From a virus, in IMG/VR virus record IMGVR_UViG_3300021963_000094, positions 10,467 to 74,466 of that record: a stretch of 64,000 nucleotides of DNA; one strand, given 5' to 3'. Made by a program: the position numbers and the translations under genes. This document shows, one piece after another, positions 57,876-64,000 of the stretch (positions are counted from its first letter, which is position 1; every line of letters begins with the position of its first letter). The notes beneath the pieces were generated by a model that searched no databases, had not been told where the DNA came from, and was given only the letters and a program-made list of their open reading frames with translations.

Positions 57876-58337
57876 ATGGCAGACCAAAAGATCAATGAAG
57901 GATGCGGATGTGGCGGTGGATCGTCTAATGCACAACCATCAGCTAATATTGTTAGAGAACAAGATCCAGCAGTTGGAAAACAAGCTTCCCTATTGGATGG
58001 AAGAACTGGAACAATCAATGATTCTATTAGAAACTCTAGAGGGGAAGTTATTGGATATGTTCTAAATAACGACAATGGTGCTTTCAGAGTATTCAAGGAG
58101 AAAGTTACCAACATTTATGAAAGCGAAGGAGCAATGGCTTCTTTAGATGCTACCCCTGGCATGGGAGAGGTTGCACCGCCAACAAAAGATTCAGTTGGAT
58201 CTGGTGATGTGTTTCCATCTCTGACTGCAGGAACCGGAGCAGCTAAGAAAGGTAAAAAGAAAAAAGAATCTAAGTCTATAAGTAATCCAGTAATGGGATG
58301 GAAAGAATTCCAGAAAAATATGCTTAAGAGTCAATAA
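57876..58337 (+). CDS. Hypothetical protein with SH3/KOW-like segment
   Basis: 153 aa; VGKQASLLDGRTGTI...; starts MADQKINE. Confidence 0.6.
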   Translation: MADQKINEGCGCGGGSSNAQPSANIVREQDPAVGKQASLLDGRTGTINDSIRNSRGEVIGYVLNNDNGAFRVFKEKVTNIYESEGAMASLDATPGMGEVAPPTKDSVGSGDVFPSLTAGTGAAKKGKKKKESKSISNPVMGWKEFQKNMLKSQ

Positions 58338-58397
58338 TCGGGTGACAAAATTTCTAATTTTCCCCGTAACGTATGTGAAAATGTCTTAATATTTATT

Positions 58398-58414
58398 AAG
58401 GCATTTTTTTTGCA
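58398..58414 (+). promoter_or_regulatory. Sigma-54-type -24/-12 promoter upstream of Hsp20
   Basis: AAGGCATTTTTTTTGCA has exact GG-N10-GC spacing and resembles the consensus TGGCAC-N5-TTGCW. It overlaps a hairpin plus T-tract (58380-58411). Confidence 0.55.
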
Positions 58415-58442
58415 GTTTATTAGTTAATATAATTTATAAACT

Positions 58443-58802
58443 ATGAATACAAGAATCTATTCACCAGCAACTAGACTATTGGATATCTACAATGGTTTAG
58501 ATTTATTCCTAGGTAATAATCTACAGGAAGAAACCCAAATCCTTTCGTTCGATGTACCTGGATTCAGCAAAGACGATCTTTCAGTTGTGATTGATCAGGA
58601 TGAAGCTTTATTAACCATTAAGGGAGAAAAAGAAATCAACGGAAAATCAAGATCAATCAATAAGAGTATCAGGGATTATTCTTTTAGAAATCTAGATCTA
58701 AAGAAAGTAGAAGCTAAAGTTGAAAATGGAATTTTAACCATTGATCTAAGTGAAGCTGAAGATAAGAACAAATTGAGAAAAAAACAAATTTCTCTAAACT
58801 AA
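58443..58802 (+). CDS. Small heat shock protein (Hsp20/alpha-crystallin)
   Basis: DVPGFSKDDLSV...LTIKGE...VEAKVENGILTIDL. Confidence 0.92.
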   Translation: MNTRIYSPATRLLDIYNGLDLFLGNNLQEETQILSFDVPGFSKDDLSVVIDQDEALLTIKGEKEINGKSRSINKSIRDYSFRNLDLKKVEAKVENGILTIDLSEAEDKNKLRKKQISLN

Positions 58803-58820
58803 ATCTCTTACATTTGGTGT

Positions 58821-59210
58821 GTGGAAAAACTCGATCTAATACAAACACACTATATAGGGAATCCTTGGAAGATCATGATTTCGTGCATTCTCTTAAATCA
58901 AACTAGTAATCAACAGGTTCGTCCAGTGATTACTAAGTTCTTCGATGTTTTTCCCACACCAAATTCTTTAAACGAATCTCACATACCCGCCATCTCCGAA
59001 ATCCTTAAATCCACTGGATTTCAAAACATCAAGGCAAAGAGAATACTGGATTTCACCAAAGCATGGAATTCGGGTGAAAGAGATCCTAACAAATTTCCAG
59101 GAATAGGTCCATACGGTAGAGATGCCTGGAAAATCTTCATTGAGGAAAAAATAGACTTCGTCCCCGCGGATAAAAAACTATCTGCCTATCTTGCCCAATT
59201 AAATCAATAG
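58821..59210 (+). CDS. HhH-GPD DNA glycosylase, MBD4-like catalytic domain
   Basis: GTG start; PWKIMISCILLNQT, FF..FPTP, GFQNIKAKRI, HhH FPGIGPYGRDAWKIF and P.DKKL..Y. Confidence 0.85.
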   Translation: MEKLDLIQTHYIGNPWKIMISCILLNQTSNQQVRPVITKFFDVFPTPNSLNESHIPAISEILKSTGFQNIKAKRILDFTKAWNSGERDPNKFPGIGPYGRDAWKIFIEEKIDFVPADKKLSAYLAQLNQ

Positions 59211-59227
59211 AACAGGATTTATTCCTT

Positions 59228-59255
59228 GAAACTACTCCGTTTATTTTTGTATAAA
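59228..59255 (+). promoter_or_regulatory. Putative GAAAC-N17-TATAAA promoter upstream of the DNA polymerase
   Basis: Bipartite motif with a 17-nt spacer. Confidence 0.55.
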
Positions 59256-59262
59256 AGTCGAT

Positions 59263-60672
59263 ATGATAATCGACATTGAAAATCTCGGAGAATCTTTAAG
59301 GGTTTCTCATTACACGGAAGAAGGCGATTTAGCCTACTTAGATTTAAAGATACCAGTATCCGAAAGATACACATGGAGAAAGTGTTCGGCTTCCGATAGG
59401 AGTCGTGAAAAGGGTTGGGCTTCTTGGGACGGTTTTCCTGTTAAGAAGCAATCAACTTTAAAATACGACAAATATCGGCAAGTTGAATTACTTGAATCAT
59501 TCGACCCTGAAATCACAAAGCCTCTCTGGGCAACGCAAACCCCCAAAAAATACTTTGTCGATATTGAGGTTGAGATCACAGACAACAGAGCAGATTCGCT
59601 TGACACCCTACGTGCTAACAACAAGGTACTAACAATTGCAATTGCATCATCCACTGGTAAGATCTTAGTTCTTGGTTTAGATAAAATGGATTCTCCAAAG
59701 ATTCTAAATATTGAAAAGAGAGTTAACGATCACTTTAAGGATTTACCTTACGATACCAAATGGACTTTCAATTATAGATCTTTTGAAAGTGAGTTTGATA
59801 TGATCTATACGTTCATGGCAAAGCTCATGCACAAAATGCCACTCATCACAGGATGGAACTGGTTTGGATATGACTGGCCTTATTTAACTAATCGTGCTCG
59901 TAAATTAGGTATTGATCCTAAAATATCTTCACCAAGTGGTGTGCTTCTAGGTAAAGATCAAATTCCAATGCACGTACTAATGGTCGATTACATTCAGATC
60001 TATAAGAAATGGGATAGAGTAATTAAGATCAGGGAATCAGATTCATTAGCATATGTTTCCAATGCAGCACTCGGAGTTTCTAAGATCACATACAATGGAA
60101 CATTAAAAGATTTATATGAATCAGATTTTGAGACGTATATCTTTTATAACGCCATTGACTCCTGTCTAGTACATTACATTGATCAGAAGTTAAATACGCT
60201 TGCTACGTTCTTTAAAATAGCAAACGTAAGTGGTGTAGAGATTAACAGGGCTTTGTCTCCTGTCTGGACAACTGAAGTATTAATGCTCCGAAAATTCAGA
60301 CAAAAAAATCGTGTCATAGTATACGATAGAAAGGATGAAGAACATGTTAGATTCGAAGGAGCTTATGTTAAACAGCCCATTAAAGGATTACACGAATGGG
60401 TAGTATGTTTTGACTTTGCTTCACTATATCCTAATACAATGATGCAATGGGGATTATCACCAGAGATATTCATAGGAAAGAATCTAGCAAGCCCACCGGA
60501 GGGTGCAATCAAAACTGCAGGAGGTGCATACTTCTTACCTAAGGAAGGCGAAGAACCGGTACTAAGAGATGTACTTACAACATTATACACGATGAGAAAA
60601 TCCGCTAAGAAGAAATATGTTGAATGCGAGACTAAAATCATGGAATTACAAGAACTATTAAAAACAAAATAA
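59263..60672 (+). CDS. Family B DNA polymerase, N-terminal part (3'-5' exonuclease plus motif A); split gene
   Basis: ExoI VDIEV, ExoII GWNWFGYDWPYL, ExoIII YNAIDS, FEGAYV and motif A DFASLYP. It ends in the fingers helix and lacks motifs B and C. Confidence 0.9.
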   Translation: MIIDIENLGESLRVSHYTEEGDLAYLDLKIPVSERYTWRKCSASDRSREKGWASWDGFPVKKQSTLKYDKYRQVELLESFDPEITKPLWATQTPKKYFVDIEVEITDNRADSLDTLRANNKVLTIAIASSTGKILVLGLDKMDSPKILNIEKRVNDHFKDLPYDTKWTFNYRSFESEFDMIYTFMAKLMHKMPLITGWNWFGYDWPYLTNRARKLGIDPKISSPSGVLLGKDQIPMHVLMVDYIQIYKKWDRVIKIRESDSLAYVSNAALGVSKITYNGTLKDLYESDFETYIFYNAIDSCLVHYIDQKLNTLATFFKIANVSGVEINRALSPVWTTEVLMLRKFRQKNRVIVYDRKDEEHVRFEGAYVKQPIKGLHEWVVCFDFASLYPNTMMQWGLSPEIFIGKNLASPPEGAIKTAGGAYFLPKEGEEPVLRDVLTTLYTMRKSAKKKYVECETKIMELQELLKTK

Positions 60673-60673
60673 T

Positions 60674-61153
60674 ATGGCTAACGTAGACAATTCATGCGCA
60701 CACCTAGAAGTTGAAGATGTATTCAATGAATCTAAAAACACCCTTGCTGATCTTTATAATTTGCAAAAGGATATTCAAGAGAATGTGTATGGTTATAATT
60801 TCGAAGAGCTAAGAAATAAACCATTAAATGAATTCAGACAATTCTTTGATTGGAATTATCATGCAATTCAAGATGAATTGAGGGAAACATTTGATGCACT
60901 AGGAGGGATCAAAGATGGCATTGGAAATGGTGTTTGGAAACCATGGAAAAAGGTATACCACGAAAAAGCTCCTAATATGACTTTTGAATCATTAACTGAT
61001 GACGACAAGAAAGAACTTCAAATGGAACTAATTGATATTCAACACTTTCTATTTAACATGATGTTAGCAGCAGGATTAACACCTTCAGATCTAATGAACA
61101 TGTATTTTGCTAAAAACAAAGAAAATAGAGAAAGACAAAAGAGAGGTTATTAG
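60674..61153 (+). CDS. Dimeric all-alpha dUTPase/dCTPase (T4 gp56-like)
   Basis: DELRE, WKPWK, ELIDIQHF and YFAKNKENRERQKRGY. Confidence 0.88.
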   Translation: MANVDNSCAHLEVEDVFNESKNTLADLYNLQKDIQENVYGYNFEELRNKPLNEFRQFFDWNYHAIQDELRETFDALGGIKDGIGNGVWKPWKKVYHEKAPNMTFESLTDDDKKELQMELIDIQHFLFNMMLAAGLTPSDLMNMYFAKNKENRERQKRGY

Positions 61154-61182
61154 AAGAAAAAATTATAAAAATTCATTATTTC

Positions 61183-61212
61183 AAAAAGAAGATCCTACGA
61201 TCTTCTTTTTTT
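61183..61212 (+). terminator. Rho-independent terminator
   Basis: AAAAAGAAGATC-ctac-GATCTTCTTTTT plus Ts. Confidence 0.88.
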
Positions 61213-61244
61213 GCGGGTAAATATACCTTAACCAAATTGATGAT

Positions 61245-61253
61245 GATATATAG
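61245..61253 (+). promoter_or_regulatory. Putative late promoter motif (GATATATAG)
   Basis: Recurrent motif upstream of the collagen fibre gene. Confidence 0.6.
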
Positions 61254-61274
61254 GGTTGAATAAAAGCACTAGAG

Positions 61275-64000
61275 TTGGCACAGAAAACCAGACCGGAACT
61301 TAGGATACGATTTCAAACGGGTGATATACCAACCCAACAAGACTTCGAAGATTTATTCGACAGTTTCTATAACATATTAGAAGATCCCCTTAATACTGCA
61401 GTGGGACCGACCGGAGCAGCAGGTCCAATGGGTGCTCAAGGTGATCCCGGAGAGACAGGAGCACAAGGTGCTCAAGGTGGTCCTGGTGTAAACGGAGCTC
61501 AAGGAGCAACCGGACCAACTGGTCTTCAAGGAATAGGCGGAGCACAGGGATATGCAGGATCCGACGGAGCACAAGGAGCCAAGGGAGGTACTGGTGCACA
61601 AGGAGCTGCTGGTGCAGGAGCGCAAGGAGCAGCTGGACCACAAGGAGCAGCAGGTTCTGCCGGATCTCAAGGTTTAGATGGTGCTGATGGAGCACAGGGT
61701 TCAAAGGGAGATACAGGAGCGCAAGGTTCAAAAGGCGATGCTGGTTCAACAGGAGCCCAAGGATCTAAAGGTGATGCTGGATCTACGGGAGCACAAGGTT
61801 CAAAGGGAGACACAGGATCCCAGGGTTTAAAAGGCGATACAGGATCACAAGGATCTGCTGGTGTTGGCGTACCTACTGGCGGAACTCAAGGGCAAATTCT
61901 AGCAAAAAATAGTAACGGAGACTACGACACATATTGGATAACTAATACTGGTGGAACTAGTGGTGGTTCAGGAGCACAGGGTGACACAGGAGCACAGGGT
62001 GACACAGGAGCACAAGGAGCACAAGGAGCACAAGGATTATCAGGAGCTCAAGGTTCAAAGGGTGACACGGGAGAACAAGGATTATCAGGAGCTCAAGGCT
62101 CAAAGGGTGACACCGGAGCACAGGGATTATCAGGAGCTCAAGGTTCAAAGGGTGACACTGGAGCACAGGGATTATCAGGAGCTCAAGGAGCTAATGGTTC
62201 CGATGGAGCACAGGGATCACAAGGAGCAACTGGTTCTGATGGTGTAGACGGAGCACAAGGAGCAACTGGTTCTGATGGTGTAGACGGAGCACAAGGAGCT
62301 AATGGCTCCGATGGAGCACAAGGAGCAGATGGTATAGATGGAGCACAAGGTGCTATCGGATCACAAGGAGCAACTGGTTCTGATGGTGTAGACGGAGCAC
62401 AGGGTTCTGATGGAGCACAAGGAGCAACTGGTTCCGATGGAGCACAAGGAGCAGATGGTATAGACGGAGCACAAGGATCTAATGGAGCAGACGGAGCGCA
62501 AGGATCTAATGGTATAGACGGAGCACAAGGAGCAACTGGTTCCGATGGAGCACAGGGTTCTGATGGAGCACAAGGAGCTAATGGTTCCGACGGAGCTCAA
62601 GGAGCTAATGGAGCAGACGGAGCACAGGGAGCTAATGGTTCTGATGGAGCACAAGGATCTAATGGAGCAGATGGTATAGATGGAGCTCAGGGAGCAACTG
62701 GTTCTGATGGAGCTCAGGGAGCAACTGGTTCTGATGGAGCTCAGGGAGCAACTGGTTCTGATGGAGCTCAGGGAGCAACTGGTTCTGATGGAGCTCAGGG
62801 AGCAACTGGTTCTGATGGAGCACAGGGAGCAACTGGTTCCGATGGAGCACAGGGAGCAGATGGTATAGATGGAGCGCAAGGAGCAACTGGTTCTGATGGA
62901 GCACAGGGAGCAACTGGTTCTGATGGAGCACAGGGAGCAGATGGTATAGATGGAGCGCAAGGTGCTGATGGAGCACAGGGATATACTGGATTACAGGGTG
63001 AACAGGGAGCGCAAGGTGCTGAGGGGGCGCAAGGTACTGATGGAGCACAAGGATCGATCGGAGCAGACGGAGCACAAGGATCTAATGGATCTGATGGAGC
63101 ACAAGGAGCAACCGGTTTTGACGGAGCACAAGGAGCAGAGGGAGCACAGGGAGCAACGGGTTCTGATGGAGCACAAGGAGCAACTGGTTTCGATGGAGCA
63201 CAGGGAGCAACGGGTGCTGAAGGAGCACAAGGAGCTAACGGATTCGACGGAGCTCAAGGAGCAGAAGGTGCTTCTGGGACATCCGGAATATCCGGTGTTG
63301 ATGGAGCACAAGGAGCAGAGGGAGCACAAGGAGCAGAGGGAGCACAAGGAGATTCTGGAGCAGATGGAGCACAGGGAGCGCAGGGATTTTCTGGTCTGCA
63401 GGGAGATACTGGAGCACAGGGATCAACCGGTTCTGATGGGGCACAAGGAGATTCTGGAGCAGACGGAGCACAAGGAGCGCAGGGATTTTCTGGTCTACAG
63501 GGTGACACTGGAGCACAGGGAGCAACGGGTTTCGATGGAGCACAAGGAGATACCGGAGCACAAGGAGCAACAGGTTCCGATGGAGCACAAGGAGCAACAG
63601 GTTCCGATGGAGCACAAGGAGATCAAGGTCTTCAAGGAGCACAAGGTGACACAGGAGCACAAGGTGACACAGGAGCACAAGGTGACACAGGAGCACAAGG
63701 TGACACAGGAGCACAAGGAGATCAAGGTCTTCAAGGAGCACAAGGTGACACAGGTCTTCAAGGAGCACAAGGTGACACAGGAGCACAAGGTGACACAGGA
63801 GCACAAGGTGACACAGGAGCACAAGGTGACATAGGAGCACAGGGTGACACAGGTCTTCAAGGAGCACAAGGTGACACAGGTCTTCAAGGAGCACAAGGAG
63901 ATCAAGGTCTTCAAGGAGCACAAGGAGATCAAGGTCTTCAAGGAGCACAAGGAGATCAAGGTCTTCAAGGAGCACAAGGTGACACAGGAGCACAAGGTGA
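61275..64000 (+). CDS. Long collagen-like (GAQ-GXY) tail fibre/whisker protein, 3'-truncated by the window edge
   Basis: Not in the ORF track because it has no stop in the window. TTG start gives [31 protein letters not shown], then Gly-X-Y repeats in the same frame up to base 64000. Confidence 0.9.
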   Translation, partial: MAQKTRPELRIRFQTGDIPTQQDFEDLFDSFYNILEDPLNTAVGPTGAAGPMGAQGDPGETGAQGAQGGPGVNGAQGATGPTGLQGIGGAQGYAGSDGAQGAKGGTGAQGAAGAGAQGAAGPQGAAGSAGSQGLDGADGAQGSKGDTGAQGSKGDAGSTGAQGSKGDAGSTGAQGSKGDTGSQGLKGDTGSQGSAGVGVPTGGTQGQILAKNSNGDYDTYWITNTGGTSGGSGAQGDTGAQGDTGAQGAQGAQGLSGAQGSKGDTGEQGLSGAQGSKGDTGAQGLSGAQGSKGDTGAQGLSGAQGANGSDGAQGSQGATGSDGVDGAQGATGSDGVDGAQGANGSDGAQGADGIDGAQGAIGSQGATGSDGVDGAQGSDGAQGATGSDGAQGADGIDGAQGSNGADGAQGSNGIDGAQGATGSDGAQGSDGAQGANGSDGAQGANGADGAQGANGSDGAQGSNGADGIDGAQGATGSDGAQGATGSDGAQGATGSDGAQGATGSDGAQGATGSDGAQGATGSDGAQGADGIDGAQGATGSDGAQGATGSDGAQGADGIDGAQGADGAQGYTGLQGEQGAQGAEGAQGTDGAQGSIGADGAQGSNGSDGAQGATGFDGAQGAEGAQGATGSDGAQGATGFDGAQGATGAEGAQGANGFDGAQGAEGASGTSGISGVDGAQGAEGAQGAEGAQGDSGADGAQGAQGFSGLQGDTGAQGSTGSDGAQGDSGADGAQGAQGFSGLQGDTGAQGATGFDGAQGDTGAQGATGSDGAQGATGSDGAQGDQGLQGAQGDTGAQGDTGAQGDTGAQGDTGAQGDQGLQGAQGDTGLQGAQGDTGAQGDTGAQGDTGAQGDIGAQGDTGLQGAQGDTGLQGAQGDQGLQGAQGDQGLQGAQGDQGLQGAQGDTGAQG
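61404..64000 (+). repeat. Collagen-encoding tandem repeats (GGAGCACAA/GGAGCTCAG-based 18-45 bp units)
   Basis: Blocks of [30 protein letters not shown] and GAQ-GDQ-GLQ. Confidence 0.95.

Noticed and set aside
61377-63995. Many ORF-track entries (e.g. 62950..63834 +, 63235..63993 -, 62361..62960 -)
   Set aside because: They are off-frame or antisense shadows of the collagen repeat. The real gene is the Gly-X-Y frame starting at 61275.
61980-64000. Possible CRISPR array or DGR-like repeats
   Set aside because: Units are multiples of 9 bp, in frame and lack unique spacers. No cas or reverse transcriptase gene is present in the window.
1-64000. Stop-codon reassignment (TAG/TGA) as in some huge phages
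   Set aside because: Standard-code ORFs tile the window almost completely, and TAG ends genes at natural boundaries (1297, 48978, 49976, 56753, 59210, 61153).
1-64000. tRNA/rRNA genes, introns, inteins, transposases
   Set aside because: Intergenic gaps are mostly too short and show no cloverleaf. I recognised no intein, homing-endonuclease or transposase motifs by eye; tRNAscan/Infernal would be needed to be certain.

Overview
This is an AT-rich, very gene-dense segment of a jumbo/huge myophage genome that is distantly T4-like. It uses the standard genetic code, and all genes except phoH are on the + strand. Several markers point to a Bacteroidota host (inference): DUF4494, an Hc1/histone-H1-like protein, a Bacteroidota-type fibre N-terminus and A-rich translation starts without Shine-Dalgarno sequences. 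Layout: ~1-44 kb is a virion module (hub-like, gp5-, gp13-, gp25-, gp6-, gp7-like and gp3-like genes, several giant unknown structural proteins, PTPA-repeat fibres), with a ribosomal protein S1 homologue, an amidoligase-like gene, phoH and a nucleotidyltransferase embedded in it. 44-49 kb holds replication/recombination genes (RuvC-like, gp32 SSB, primase, UvsY, UvsW). 49-58 kb is a cluster of proteins, many starting with a T4 capsid-targeting-sequence (CTS)-like peptide and preceded by the same ATATATA(A/G) motif as the structural genes. 58-61 kb has Hsp20, an MBD4-like glycosylase, the N-terminal half of a split family B DNA polymerase and a dUTPase. A long GAQ-collagen fibre gene, missing from the ORF track, runs off the right end. 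The best candidate for a new system is a late-expressed, probably head-packaged and injected three-part module at 52.5-55.8 kb: HEXXH metallopeptidase, VWA protein and MoxR-like AAA+ ATPase. Three promoter classes can be read from the sequence. All family assignments come from motif recognition by eye; no database searches were run.
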